Shown piece by piece: positions 51,717-62,493 of a DNA stretch of 64,000 nt; within the stretch, counting starts at the first letter, position 1; every line of letters begins with the position of its first letter. The notes under the pieces were generated by a model. That model was not told where the DNA came from. It was given only the letters and a program-made list of their open reading frames with translations, and made no database searches. The stretch spans positions 128,001 through 192,000 of the forward strand of contig JAKPMO010000004.1 of the NCBI GenBank assembly GCA_029548865.1. Direction: 5' to 3'. Source of the DNA: Caldisericota bacterium. GTDB taxonomy: Bacteria; Caldisericota; Caldisericia; JAAYUI01. Both the position numbers and the translations under genes were made by a program.

Positions 51717-52823
51717 TCACCTGTCCGAATCGCCCATTGTTGGCGCCAGCGATGCAAATGCGGCGACGACATCAGGCATGGAGATATTTTGGGCAATATG
51801 TGGGAACGACATCAGATTGCTGAAGCTTGGTGAACGGAGTTTTACTCTATATGGCTTTGAAGAGCCATCAGAAACAAGGTAAACGCCAAATTCACCGATT
51901 GGAGCTTCAACCCTGCAGTATATTTCACCGGCCGGGGGCTTGATCACCTTTGGCACTTTGGCCATTACAGGCCCTTCCGGAAGGTTTGGCATTATCTGCT
52001 CGATGATCCTAACGGACTGCTCTATCTCCTTGAATCTCACCAGGAAGCGTCCGTATGAATCGCATGTATTTTCACTTATTACATCAAAATCCAGCGTGGG
52101 GTATATCTCGTATGGCTCGTCTTTCCTGAGGTCCCTTGCAATGCCACAACCCCTGAGGGTAGGCCCCATGCAGGAGAGCTTGAGGGCAGTTTCGGGTTTC
52201 AGGATTCCTATGTTTTTTGTCCTTGCCTGGAATATCTCGTTTTTATGGAGCATTGAAGCGTATTCTGGGAGTCTGTCTTTGAAGTAGTGAATGAACCTGT
52301 CGAGTTTTGAGAGGTATCCTTCTGGAAGGTCGAACTTGACGCCGCCGAACCTGAAGTAGTTGAAGGTCATCCTTGATCCGGAAACCTCTGCCATCAGCTC
52401 CAGGATGTACTCCCTTTCCCTGAGGCAGTAGACCATCGGGGTCATCGATGCCAGGTCGAGTCCCTGCGCGCCAACGTTTACAAGGTGCGCCGCAATGCGG
52501 TTAAGTTCCATCATCAGGACTCTTATGTATTGTGCCCTGATTGGCACCTCGATCCCCATGAGTTTTTCAACGGCCTTTACATAGGGATACTCATTGAGGA
52601 AACCAGAGATGTAATCAAGCCTGTCTAGATAAGGAATAAATTGTTGGTAAGTCAGTCTTTCGGCAATCTTTTCTATTCCCCTGTGGAGATAGCCAAGCAC
52701 TGGTTTGCACCCGACCACAATTTCACCGTCAAGGGTGAGGACTGCTCTAAAAACACCGTGAGTGGCAGGGTGCTGGGGGCCAAAGTTCACTTCAAGCAGG
52801 TCAGTTCTGATTTTTTCTTCCAT
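51717..52823 (-). CDS. nuoD: Complex I-like subunit D
   Basis: GPQHPATHGV, GYLHRGIEK and RLDY motifs; C-terminal GDSDR; no NiFe CxxC pairs. Confidence 0.95.
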   Translation of the reverse strand: MEEKIRTDLLEVNFGPQHPATHGVFRAVLTLDGEIVVGCKPVLGYLHRGIEKIAERLTYQQFIPYLDRLDYISGFLNEYPYVKAVEKLMGIEVPIRAQYIRVLMMELNRIAAHLVNVGAQGLDLASMTPMVYCLREREYILELMAEVSGSRMTFNYFRFGGVKFDLPEGYLSKLDRFIHYFKDRLPEYASMLHKNEIFQARTKNIGILKPETALKLSCMGPTLRGCGIARDLRKDEPYEIYPTLDFDVISENTCDSYGRFLVRFKEIEQSVRIIEQIMPNLPEGPVMAKVPKVIKPPAGEIYCRVEAPIGEFGVYLVSDGSSKPYRVKLRSPSFSNLMSFPHIAQNISMPDVVAAFASLAPTMGDSDR

Positions 52824-52832
52824 TTTCCCTCC

Positions 52833-53264
52833 TCAGTCAGTATCTGTGAAATCTTTGCGGAGAGGATGCCCTGTGAAATTCTCCGGTGTTATTATTCTTT
52901 GGAGGTTTGGATGGCCCTCAAACACTATTCCAAACATGTCATAGACTTCGCGTTCCAGCCAATCTGCCGCTTCCCAGTCAGGCGTCAGGCTCTTGATTTT
53001 TGGGTCCTGTGCAAGCAGTGGAGCGAAAATAAAGACCCTTTCCTTGGTTTCCCAGTTGTCCAGCATGTAGACCATTTCAAAACCATTGTCTTTGCATTTT
53101 GCGGTCAACATCGAGAGGATACTGAAACCAGATTCGCGGAGCTTCAGGCATGTCTCGGCCGCCTTTGAGCTGTCTACATTGATCATCAGGGCTGTTTCTG
53201 GGGCAGGCATTGGAGAGAGGTCAATACCAAATTTTTGCTTTGCAATGTCTTTGGAGGTGCTCAT
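52833..53264 (-). CDS. nuoC: Complex I-like subunit C
   Basis: [16 protein letters not shown] and GHPLRKDF motifs. Confidence 0.94.
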   Translation of the reverse strand: MSTSKDIAKQKFGIDLSPMPAPETALMINVDSSKAAETCLKLRESGFSILSMLTAKCKDNGFEMVYMLDNWETKERVFIFAPLLAQDPKIKSLTPDWEAADWLEREVYDMFGIVFEGHPNLQRIITPENFTGHPLRKDFTDTD

Positions 53265-53764
53265 GGTTGCCTCCCAAGATTGGCTCTTTCTTTCATGATT
53301 TTTTTCTCAAGCTCAAGAATGGCAAACTGGAGGGCCTCTGGCCTTGGTGGACACCCTGGGACATACACATCGACAGGAATTATCTTGTCGACGCCTTTAA
53401 CTACGGAATAACTGTCAATGAAAGGCCCGCCAGAACAGGCGCAGGCACCCATTGCAATGACCCACTTCGGGTTGGGGATCTGCTCATAAAGGAGTCTTGT
53501 AGGTTCTGCCATCTTTTTTGTTACAGTTCCTGCAACGATCATGACATCGCACTGTCTTGGAGTTGGTCTGAAGAAGCAGCCATGCCTGTCGAAGTCGTAT
53601 CTTGGCATCCATGCCTGCATCATTTCGAATGCGCAGCAGGCTGTTGCGTAAGTGAGTGGCCAAAGGGAATTCTTTCTGGCCCAGCCCACCAGCCAGTCCA
53701 GTGGTGCAAGAAGAACAGTTGATTTTTCAAGTTCTGTTGGTGCAGGTGTTTGTGTCAATCCCAT
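53261..53764 (-). CDS. nuoB: Complex I-like subunit B
   Basis: [12 protein letters not shown] and PGCPPRP motifs. Confidence 0.95.
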   Translation of the reverse strand: MGLTQTPAPTELEKSTVLLAPLDWLVGWARKNSLWPLTYATACCAFEMMQAWMPRYDFDRHGCFFRPTPRQCDVMIVAGTVTKKMAEPTRLLYEQIPNPKWVIAMGACACSGGPFIDSYSVVKGVDKIIPVDVYVPGCPPRPEALQFAILELEKKIMKERANLGRQP

Positions 53765-54123
53765 TTCAACAGCCCCCTTCCCCAAGCATAGAAATATCCA
53801 ACGAGGAGTATCGCTATGAAGAGTGTTACTTCAAAAATGGCGTAAGTTCCGAGTTCTTTTACTTTTACGGCCCATGGGTAGAGAAAAACAGCTTCCACAT
53901 CAAATGCGACGAATATCAATGCAAAAACGATATACCTGATGTTGAATTTTATTTTTGAATCTGTCTTTGGCGGTATTCCGCACTCGTAGGACGTTGTTGC
54001 GAGGTCACTATCGATTCTCTTTGGTCTTAATGCAAAGGCGAGGAAGAATGCTATAAGACCCATGGCCAGACCAACCAGGGCGAAGATGCCCACAAACAGG
54101 TAACCGAAAGAATAATCGTTCAA
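53755..54123 (-). CDS. nuoA: Complex I-like subunit A
   Basis: YECG and [12 protein letters not shown] motifs; TTG start after GGAGG. Confidence 0.94.
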   Translation of the reverse strand: MNDYSFGYLFVGIFALVGLAMGLIAFFLAFALRPKRIDSDLATTSYECGIPPKTDSKIKFNIRYIVFALIFVAFDVEAVFLYPWAVKVKELGTYAIFEVTLFIAILLVGYFYAWGRGLLKWD

Positions 54124-54139
54124 AGCTTACCTCCAAAAG

Positions 54140-54183
54140 TTGCACACTTTTGCAAATTATATAAGCGTAAACACGATAAGCAA
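54140..54183 (-). promoter_or_regulatory. nuo-atp promoter with an operator-like inverted repeat over the start site
   Basis: TTGCTT-16nt-TATAAT followed immediately by TTGCA-N6-TGCAA. Confidence 0.55.
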
Positions 54184-54391
54184 TGTCTTTACAGTGAGCA
54201 TAGACAACACACTTTATAAAAAAGTTACACCGTAAGAACAAAGAAGAATAAATTAAGGATGGGCAAAAACTTATGTTTTATAAAACCAGAAAATAACCTC
54301 GATTTAAAAAGTTAATAAATTCACAAATTGTGTTAAGAATGAATTTTTTGTGAAATTGCCTTGGATGTTGGTTTATTGGGCTAAAACTACC

Positions 54392-56293
54392 CTACTGGGC
54401 AGAAATTGCGGACAACTCTTCAGAAAGTTCGGCCCATTCATTCTCGGTTTCTGCAAGCTGTGTTTTTGTCTTGTCATACTCATCAAGATCGAGTTTTGTC
54501 TGCTCTCCCCGAGAATAGAAATCTGGGTTTGACATTGACTGTTCAATGTCATTTTTCCTTGATTCCAGCATGCTTATCTTGTCTTCAAGGTTTTTAAGTT
54601 TGTCCTGCATTGATTTTATCTGGTTCTTTGATGGGCCCTGGTCTTTTTTCTTTTGTTTCTGCTGGATTTTTTGGTCGCTCTTGTCTGTCTGTTTTTCAGG
54701 TTTTCTCTGCAGGTACTCCTCGAGGTTACCCCTTGTATCAACAATTGTGTTTCCGTCAAATGCCCATATTGTGGCGCCGATGTTGTTTATAAAATATCTA
54801 TCATGGGAGACCAAAAGCACGCTCCCGGAATAATTTTTTATGGTATCTTCCAGAGAAGCCCTGGCATTTATGTCGAGATGATTTGTGGGCTCGTCAAAGA
54901 TGATGAAATTGGCGTCAATGAGGGCTAACTTGGCCAGAATAAGCCTGCTTATCTCTCCGCCGGAGAGTGATTTGCACGGTTTTGAGACCTCGTCGCCGAC
55001 AAAGAGGAATGTTGCCAGATGGTCTCTGGCTTCCTGGGGCTTGAGGTCGGAATTATTCATTATCTCTTCGATAACAGTTGCTTCGGGATTGAAACTGCCG
55101 AGTTCCTGTTCGAGATAGGCCATAGAAACATTGTAGCCAAGCCACACCTCTCCACCTGAAGGCTCCTCTTCGCCAATTACTGTCTTCAGGAAAGTGGTTT
55201 TCCCGCAACCATTAGGGCCCATCAGGGCTATCTTCTGCCCTCTTTTCATTTCAAGATTGAGCTCACCAAAGAGCTCTCTGTCTCCAAAAGATTTCGACAA
55301 GCCTTTTGTCCTGAAGACGATCTCGCCAGTTCTTCCAGATGATTCAAGGTTGAGTTGGACTTTTTTCTCCCGGGGTAAAGCCTCGACCTGGACGACCCTC
55401 TCAAGGCGCCTTTCCATGCTCCTTGCTCTCTTGGCGGCCACTTCCGTTCCATACCCCTTGAACCTTTTTATAAAGCGGGTTGCTCTCTCGATGAATTCCT
55501 GTTGCTCCTGCAATTTTTCGAGAGAGTGTTCCCTCTCAAGGTCATACTGGGCCCTTGCCTGTGTGAAATTGCCGGTAAAATCAAAGGATTTTCCGTCAAT
55601 GAGTATCACGGTATGGTTGCAAACCTTGTCCAGAAGGTACCTGTCATGGGAGACAATGAGCACTGAGCCCTTGAATTCCTGAAGGAAGCCTTCGAGCCAG
55701 ATGGTTGCCTCAAGATCGAGGTGGTTTGTAGGCTCGTCGAGCACCAGCGTGTCAGGCTCTGTGGCCAGTATTGTCGCCAGTTGCAGGCGTGACCTTTCAC
55801 CGCCAGAGAGGGAAACAACGGGCCTTTTCCAGTCTTCCTTTGAGAAGCCAAGGCCGGACAGGATTCGTTCTATCCTGTGGTCTATGTCGTATCCGCCAAG
55901 CGCTTCATACTGGTGCTGGAGTTTTTCAAACTTGGCAAGAAGCTGTGAGTTGTGGGGATCTTTTGCAACCTCTGAAGAGATCTCTTCAAGCTGCCTACCG
56001 GTTTCATATATGTTTTTGAAAGCTGACCTGACCTGGTCAAACAAAATGACGTCCGAGACATCAAGTGACCTGTCCTGTGCAAAATAGCCAATGACCTTGT
56101 CGGGTTCTTTGAAGACCTTTCCGCCGTCCGGCTCCATCTGGTCCATGATTATCTTTATCAGTGTGGATTTGCCGGTGCCATTTGCGCCAACAAGCGCCAG
56201 CCTGTCGTTGCCGCCAAGCGTGAATGATATGCCATCAAGAACGGCCCTCACACCAAAATATTTTGTTATGTTCTGAACCTGGATCTGCCCCAT
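54392..56293 (-). CDS. ABC-F family ATPase
   Basis: Two ABC domains (GANGTGKST and GPNGCGKTT; LSGGE; DEPTNHLD), no TM, C-terminal coiled coil. Confidence 0.93.
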   Translation of the reverse strand: MGQIQVQNITKYFGVRAVLDGISFTLGGNDRLALVGANGTGKSTLIKIIMDQMEPDGGKVFKEPDKVIGYFAQDRSLDVSDVILFDQVRSAFKNIYETGRQLEEISSEVAKDPHNSQLLAKFEKLQHQYEALGGYDIDHRIERILSGLGFSKEDWKRPVVSLSGGERSRLQLATILATEPDTLVLDEPTNHLDLEATIWLEGFLQEFKGSVLIVSHDRYLLDKVCNHTVILIDGKSFDFTGNFTQARAQYDLEREHSLEKLQEQQEFIERATRFIKRFKGYGTEVAAKRARSMERRLERVVQVEALPREKKVQLNLESSGRTGEIVFRTKGLSKSFGDRELFGELNLEMKRGQKIALMGPNGCGKTTFLKTVIGEEEPSGGEVWLGYNVSMAYLEQELGSFNPEATVIEEIMNNSDLKPQEARDHLATFLFVGDEVSKPCKSLSGGEISRLILAKLALIDANFIIFDEPTNHLDINARASLEDTIKNYSGSVLLVSHDRYFINNIGATIWAFDGNTIVDTRGNLEEYLQRKPEKQTDKSDQKIQQKQKKKDQGPSKNQIKSMQDKLKNLEDKISMLESRKNDIEQSMSNPDFYSRGEQTKLDLDEYDKTKTQLAETENEWAELSEELSAISAQ

Positions 56294-58608
56294 CAGCTCA
56301 CCCAGGCAAGTCCTACTCTTTGTGCCATTTTTCCTTCAATACCTGTCCTAAGTTCTCTATTTTCTTTGAACCTCAACTCCGGGTCATGTTTAATGATATC
56401 CTCTGCGATTTCCCTTGCCAAGGAAAGAAGCGGGAAATTTGAAGGAGTGATGAGTCTTGATGAAGCAAGCATCGGCAGTCCAGACTGCATTGTTCCGCCA
56501 ATGTCTCCGGGTCCGCGCAATTTGAGGTCTTCCTCAGCAACCTCAAGGCCATTTGCTGTTCTTTCCAGAACTTGCAGTGAAACTGTCGGTCTTGACGGTA
56601 TCAGGAAGCAATAGCTTTTGTGCTCGCCCCTTCCAACCCTGCCCCTCAACTGGTGGAGCTGGGCCAGCCCGAACCTTTCAGCGTTTTCAATTATCATGAC
56701 CGTTGCATTCGGGACGTCTATTCCAACCTCAATGACGGTTGTCGAGACAAGAACCTTTAACTCCCTGTCCCTGAACTTGCACATTGTTTCATCCTTCTCT
56801 TTTGCCGGCATCCTGCCATGGAGCAGCCCGCACGGAATGCCTTTGAAATGTGACTCGGTAAGCTCAACGAACTGCTTTGTGGCGGCTTTTGCGGAGAGTT
56901 TTTCTGACTCTTCGACAAGAGGGCAGACAACGTAGACCTGCCTGCCTTTTTCTATTTCGGCGAGGGCCGTTTTGTAGGCGAGACTGCCTGCACCTGTGAG
57001 CACTTTTGTTTCTATAGTTGCCCTGCCCTTTGGCATTTCATCAACCACAGAGACGTCCAGATCACCGTAGATCGTCATGGCAAGCGTCCTCGGGATCGGG
57101 GTGGCACTCATGACGAGCACATGCGGGCAGAAGCCCTTTTTTGCTAGCCTGGCCCTCTGCAGGACGCCAAACCTGTGCTGTTCGTCAACAACCACAAGCC
57201 CGAGGTTTTCAAACTTCACCCAGTCCTCAAGGAGCGCATGTGTCCCAAAGAGGACGCATGGCTCTCCAGAGGAAAGCAGCTCAAATATCTTTTCCCTTGC
57301 CATTTTTTTTGATGAACCGGAGAGGTACGCAGTGTTGAACGGAAGTAATTTTCTGGCGACATTGTAGGTCTGGCTTGCAAGGATTTCTGTCGGCGCAATC
57401 CATGCAACCTGGTAGCCCAGCTTTGCGGCAGAGCTGCATGCACTCAAACCAACAACCGTCTTCCCAGAGCCAACATCTCCATGCAGGAGCCTGTTCATCG
57501 GCCTTCCCGACTCCAGGTCTTTTGCTATTTCCAGACAACATCTCTTCTGGGCTATGGTCGGCTCGAACGGAAGTTTTGAAAGGAAATCCTTTGAAGATTT
57601 TTGTGCACCCTTGATGATTGGAGCATCCTGCTGCCTGTACTCTGCCCTGCGGAGCAGGAGAGCCGTTTCCATGAGCAAAAATTCGTCCAACACGAGCCTT
57701 TTTTCGCAGAGTTTGAGTTGCTCAAAGTTGTCAGGGAAATGCACTTTCTCGTAGGATTCACGGAGGGATGGCAAAGACATGCTCTTCTTTACGGCATTAG
57801 GAAGGTAGCCATCACCAATCTCCGGCATGTTGTCGACGATTTTTTTGATTACGCTTCTTATGACCCACTGTGGGAGCCCAGTAGTCAGTGGATAGACCGG
57901 CACAATCCCCATGTCCTGTATGTCAGTGTCCAGATCGGGGTTTGTCATGTGTGGGCCGCCATAATCGCCCACTTTCCCATAGAGTGCCACTGTTTTCCCG
58001 ATGGCAAGCTTTTTCAGGACGTATGGGTTGTTGAACCATGTGGCCATTATTTTGCCGGTCGAGTCGCCAAAAAGCGCCTGCACAAAATTCCTTCCGGCAC
58101 GCGGTTCCCTGACATCAAGCACTTTTGCAAAGACAGTCGCTTCCGTTCCGGTGGAGAGCTGTGCAATAGGCAAGACCTTTGTTCTGTCTATAAATCTGAT
58201 GGGAAAATGGTTTAGGGCGTCCAGGACAGTCACAAGTCCAAGTTTTTTTAAGAGTTTTGCCCTCTCGGGGCCGATTCCTGGAATGGAAGCGAGAGACATT
58301 TCTGTACCCAGATGTATTTTTTGTTGCCTGGGTACCGGTTTCTGCCTGACATAATGGCCCCTGGCAAACTTTAACAGGTCATTTACGGCCTTTTCCCTTG
58401 ATGTGATATCCAGGGAGGTATAACTGGAAAAAACCTCAATAGCCCTTTTTATGCTGGCATTTTGACTGGGTTCGTCTTTTGCCCACTGGTCGAGCTTTGC
58501 CAGAACAAATTTTGAAAACCCGCCAAACACCGCCCTGTCATCGCAACCCCTCTCAAGCTCGGCCATTGCAGGGCCAAGGATGAGCGTTCTGACAGGAGAA
58601 AGACTCAT
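56293..58608 (-). CDS. recG: ATP-dependent DNA helicase RecG
   Basis: GDVGSGKT, DEQHRFG, SATPIPRT and QLHQLRGRVGRG motifs. Confidence 0.96.
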   Translation of the reverse strand: MSLSPVRTLILGPAMAELERGCDDRAVFGGFSKFVLAKLDQWAKDEPSQNASIKRAIEVFSSYTSLDITSREKAVNDLLKFARGHYVRQKPVPRQQKIHLGTEMSLASIPGIGPERAKLLKKLGLVTVLDALNHFPIRFIDRTKVLPIAQLSTGTEATVFAKVLDVREPRAGRNFVQALFGDSTGKIMATWFNNPYVLKKLAIGKTVALYGKVGDYGGPHMTNPDLDTDIQDMGIVPVYPLTTGLPQWVIRSVIKKIVDNMPEIGDGYLPNAVKKSMSLPSLRESYEKVHFPDNFEQLKLCEKRLVLDEFLLMETALLLRRAEYRQQDAPIIKGAQKSSKDFLSKLPFEPTIAQKRCCLEIAKDLESGRPMNRLLHGDVGSGKTVVGLSACSSAAKLGYQVAWIAPTEILASQTYNVARKLLPFNTAYLSGSSKKMAREKIFELLSSGEPCVLFGTHALLEDWVKFENLGLVVVDEQHRFGVLQRARLAKKGFCPHVLVMSATPIPRTLAMTIYGDLDVSVVDEMPKGRATIETKVLTGAGSLAYKTALAEIEKGRQVYVVCPLVEESEKLSAKAATKQFVELTESHFKGIPCGLLHGRMPAKEKDETMCKFRDRELKVLVSTTVIEVGIDVPNATVMIIENAERFGLAQLHQLRGRVGRGEHKSYCFLIPSRPTVSLQVLERTANGLEVAEEDLKLRGPGDIGGTMQSGLPMLASSRLITPSNFPLLSLAREIAEDIIKHDPELRFKENRELRTGIEGKMAQRVGLAWVS

Positions 58609-59414
58609 AAGATAATCTGGGCTACAACAAAGAGGGCAACGCAGTAGGCCGCAAAGATGTAGAAATTGAATTTCTGGATGACCTTGAAGAACAGGAAAAA
58701 TGATAAGTAGCCAACAACGGCGGCCACCACAAAGCCAACTATGGAAGGCATCCAGTCAATCTGCATCCCTGAACTGGCCACCATTTTATAAACATCATAG
58801 AGTGTTTTTGCTGTTGCAGCGCCGACTGCAGGAATTGCAACAAGAAAAGCCAGTTTGGAAGATGATTTTTTGCCAAACCCCAACAGCCTGGCTGCGGTTA
58901 TTGTGGCGCCTGACCTTGATATGCCAGGAAACATGGCAATCGCCTGGGCACAGCCAACAGTTAGTGCATCGATCCATGTTGTTTCTTCAAGTTTGCGTTT
59001 GCCACTCATGAGAGAAGCAACTATGAGGAAAGCTGCAGTAACAAGCAAAAGGTAAGAGGTAGTTTTTGGGTCCTGGAAAACAGATTCAATCCTGCTTTCA
59101 AAGAGCAGGCCGAAGATGATTGCCGGTACAACTGAAAGTATGAGGTTGTATGAAAAAATCGAATCTGGCGGGAGACCCCTGCCAATCTTTGGCAAACCAG
59201 CAAAAAAGGCCTTTACATATTTGACTACTTCCGGCCAGAAAAAGACGATTATTCCAAGGAGCGTTCCAGCATGAAGGAACACATCGAACCACATCGGTGG
59301 TTTGCCCCACCCCAAAAAAGCGGGAACAAGGACAAGATGGGCAGAAGACGAGACCGGAATAAACTCTGTGAGACCCTGGACAAAGCCGAGGACCAATGCT
59401 TCAATGATTCCCAC
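58605..59414 (-). CDS. uppP: Undecaprenyl-diphosphate phosphatase
   Basis: QGLTEFIPVSSSAH, HAGT and PGISRSG motifs. Confidence 0.95.
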   Translation of the reverse strand: MGIIEALVLGFVQGLTEFIPVSSSAHLVLVPAFLGWGKPPMWFDVFLHAGTLLGIIVFFWPEVVKYVKAFFAGLPKIGRGLPPDSIFSYNLILSVVPAIIFGLLFESRIESVFQDPKTTSYLLLVTAAFLIVASLMSGKRKLEETTWIDALTVGCAQAIAMFPGISRSGATITAARLLGFGKKSSSKLAFLVAIPAVGAATAKTLYDVYKMVASSGMQIDWMPSIVGFVVAAVVGYLSFFLFFKVIQKFNFYIFAAYCVALFVVAQIIL

Positions 59415-60163
59415 TATTTTGCCTCCAGAATGGACCTGCAGAATTCGAGGTCCTCTATTTTATCAACATCGACGCCCAGCTCCGGGCACTGCAATATTGG
59501 TGCTTTTATGGTAACGCCAAGCATTTTTGAAATTCTCTTTTCAAGCTCGGGTATTTCGACATTTTTGAACAAAAGCAATCTCAGAAGGAACGGCACACCA
59601 AGCTGGAGGGCCTGTTTTATGGCGGACTTTCTCCTCTTTGATGTTTCCTCGACTATTGGCTCCACCTTTTTGTAGGCGGTTTTGCTGATGTAGAAGAGGT
59701 TTCCGATTTTGACATTTCCCTCTTTGATGCGGAGAAAAGTGCGCTTTGTTCCGGGGAACATCCTCAGGGTGTCTTCTTTGGTTATGATTGGCAAACCAAG
59801 ATCACACCCTGTTTTCTGGAGTGCAGAAACCACCATGTCAAAGGTTTTTTCGGTTACCAGCGGGATGTCGTTTGTTGTCACAACGAGATACTCTGTCTCT
59901 GAGGCATCCACAAGGCGATCTATGTTTGCCTTCTGGCTGTCGCCCTCTTCCAGCATCAGGTCCACTTTTGATTTTATGGAATCCGGATAGCCGTTGCCAA
60001 CAAGGATGATCCTGTTCGTGAGGGAAGCCTTGCGAAGCGCATCGATGACGTACTCAATCGATGGTTTTCCTGCAAATGAAAGCATGCCCTTGTTGGGCAC
60101 GCCCTCATTTGCGAACCACGGCTCTACTCCGCCGCCGCCTAATATTGCAAAATCGATTTTCAT
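59414..60163 (-). CDS. MobA-like nucleotidyltransferase family protein
   Basis: AILGGG, NKG..AGKP, DIP and DVDKxED motifs. Confidence 0.75.
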   Translation of the reverse strand: MKIDFAILGGGGVEPWFANEGVPNKGMLSFAGKPSIEYVIDALRKASLTNRIILVGNGYPDSIKSKVDLMLEEGDSQKANIDRLVDASETEYLVVTTNDIPLVTEKTFDMVVSALQKTGCDLGLPIITKEDTLRMFPGTKRTFLRIKEGNVKIGNLFYISKTAYKKVEPIVEETSKRRKSAIKQALQLGVPFLLRLLLFKNVEIPELEKRISKMLGVTIKAPILQCPELGVDVDKIEDLEFCRSILEAK

Positions 60164-62493
60164 TTTGGATATGTCAGCGTTATCTTTCTTGTGGCGCCTT
60201 CCCAGGCCACACCTGCCCCAAGAGCCTCTCCGACAAATCTTAGCGGTAACATGGTTTTTGCGCTAATGATTGTTGGATAGAGCTTTTGGGCCTTTGAGTC
60301 GATGAAGACCTCTTTGCCATTTATCTTGGCGGTTTTCTTGCCAATCCACAACTCAACGATGTTTTTCCCATTCCAGAGCGATTGCGTCAGGGTGACCTTT
60401 TTTTCTGCACCATCATAGCCAACCTGTGCTCCAAGGGCCTCTGCGACTTCCCTTATTGGCATGTATGTGCTCCCGCCAAGTTCTTTCGGAAGCGGTGGCG
60501 AGGAAGATGTTGGAGCAGTTTTGAGTGTCACCTTCAGGCCGTTTATAGTGATGTCTGTTTTGTCCAGCCATAATTCTATTGTGACGGCATAAATTACATC
60601 GACCGTTATTTTTTTGTTCTGGCTGCCCAGTGTCGCCGAGATCTCGAACTTGTTGAGTCCTGGGATAAGTATTACTGAGTAGTTAGCCTTTCCATTCTGA
60701 TCCACGGTTGCCGGCTTGCCACCAACCATCACTGTTGCTCCCTTTGTTGTGGAGATAGGGATTGTGTAGCTTGGAGAAGTGGTTCTCAATGGAGTACCAG
60801 AGGAACCATTGACCGAGAGATCAAGAAGTGCTGCAGACTCGACCAATACTTTAACAGGAACAACAATTTTTCCTGCGTTGGAGTCAATTGTCACTTCGCC
60901 TGTCAAGGCACCTTCCGTGTTCGGCTCTAACGTGATGTTTATCTTGCATCTGTCACACTTGAATGATGAAGGATCAACTTTTATCCATGGAGCGCTCGCA
61001 GTAATTGTTCCCTCGAGCATTCCGCCTTCGCCAGCCTGCTCGATGATTTCGATCTGGAGTGATTTTTTTGTGTTCTTTGGTATTTTGCCAAAATCCAGCT
61101 CTGAAGGCTCCACCTTCAGAATCATTCCGGATTTTTTGTAGGTGAAATTTACCGCAATTTCTGAATTTCCGCCGTTGCTTCCAATCGACAGCTTCCCTGA
61201 ATATGGTCCCGGTTCGAGACCAAGTGGGTCAACGGTCATGATTGTTTCAAAAGAACCATCTGGCTCGATCTCGAATTCCGAATTTTCAGTCCTGAGCCAT
61301 GACTCTGAAGACTTGATGGTCGCTGAAAGTTTTCCGGTTCCAACGTTTTTGAAAGCGAGCTTTTTGGTTATGGTTGTCGAAATCTCACCGAGGTCAAACG
61401 ATTTTTCTGCGACTTCAAGCTTTGGCTCTTCGGCCACTTTTTCGCATTCAAACTTCCAGATGATGTTGCCAATCAGTTTTTCGCCTGATTTTGATTTTAT
61501 GCCGGACTGGCCGCTTTTTGCGTAGAGCGTATACTTCTTGCCCTCTTCAAAAGCCTTGTTTGGAGCAAACGTGCACTTTGACCCTGAGACAGACGCTTTT
61601 CCAGGAACAGCGAGGCCATTCTGGTCAACCAGGAGCACCGTGCCCTCGTTGAATGTTGCAGGGTCCATATCCTTGTCAAATGGTAGCGAAAGTGGCGAGT
61701 TTGGCGATACCTTGCCAGGAAGCGGACTGGTGAGATGCGGTGCTTTGATTTTCCATGCGCCATAGGCATAAACCTCGAATGTGTCCTGATCGAATATCGC
61801 AACCGCGGCACCTAATTCTTCTTTTGTCCAGTCTTCTTTGAGATCAAAACTGGCTGTGAGCTTCTTGGTTTCGCCATTTTTGATGCGCATGGTTGAACCC
61901 TTTGCAGAGGGCTTGATTGCATGCACGACATGTTGGAAATACTGGTCTTCCCTGTCCACATTGTCTTCAAAGAGGAAGAAGGTATATCTGAGTGTTGCCT
62001 GGTCGAGAGGACCAAACTGCTCAACCATGGCCTCAAAATCGATCTTTTGCCCTGCGGCTTCTTCCTTCAGTTTCCCATTCAGCGAAATATTGAAGCTCAA
62101 GGGTGAAGAGCGGACCTTTGAAACCGTGTCCTCAACTTCCTTTTCAGTCATACCCGACCTCTTTATGAAATTGCCATTAAAAGCTATCGTCGGATAAGAC
62201 TTTCTTTCGTACATCTGCCCCCTTTTGTCGACTTCTTCAATGTAAAACTCGTCGTTGGGGTTTGAATGCAGCCTTAATTTGATAATAGAGTCCGAGCCAA
62301 GTTCAGACTCGAGTTTGTCCATACTGCGCACGGCAGTGTGACACTTCGTTCAGTTCGGCTCCACAAAAATTTCGCAGAATGCTGCACGTTTCGGAGTGAA
62401 ATCTGAAACGGAGAGCGGCATTGTCCTCGAGTAGACCTGGACGGTCTGTGAAAGTATGAGAGAAAGCAGAACAATTACTGACAGTTTTTTCAC
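60160..62493 (-). CDS. Candidate exported selenoprotein (777 aa): signal peptide, thioredoxin/Omp28-like domain with U48-x-x-C51, Ig-like/BACON-like repeats, stalk domain
   Basis: GTG 62493 (AAGGAGG SD, overlaps the alr stop) reads MKKLSVIVLL...FCEIFVEPN*TKCHTAVRSMDKLE and is in frame with the ORF ending at 60160. The single interrupting codon is TGA 62352-62350. Confidence 0.8.
62316..62343 (-). other. Putative bacterial SECIS element
   Basis: TGTCACACTGC-CGTGC-GCAGTATGGACA hairpin starts after a 6-nt gap from the TGA. The loop is 17 nt from the TGA and has G at loop position 2. Confidence 0.65.

Noticed and set aside
51717..53764. Group 4 [NiFe] hydrogenase
   Set aside because: The large subunit lacks both CxxC nickel ligands and has the NuoD quinone-site motifs.
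62350..62352. Genome-wide UGA reassignment (code 4 or 25) as the explanation for the in-frame TGA
   Set aside because: Many conserved genes here end at TGA at the expected C-terminus (purH, purN, lepA, alr) and Trp is encoded by TGG.
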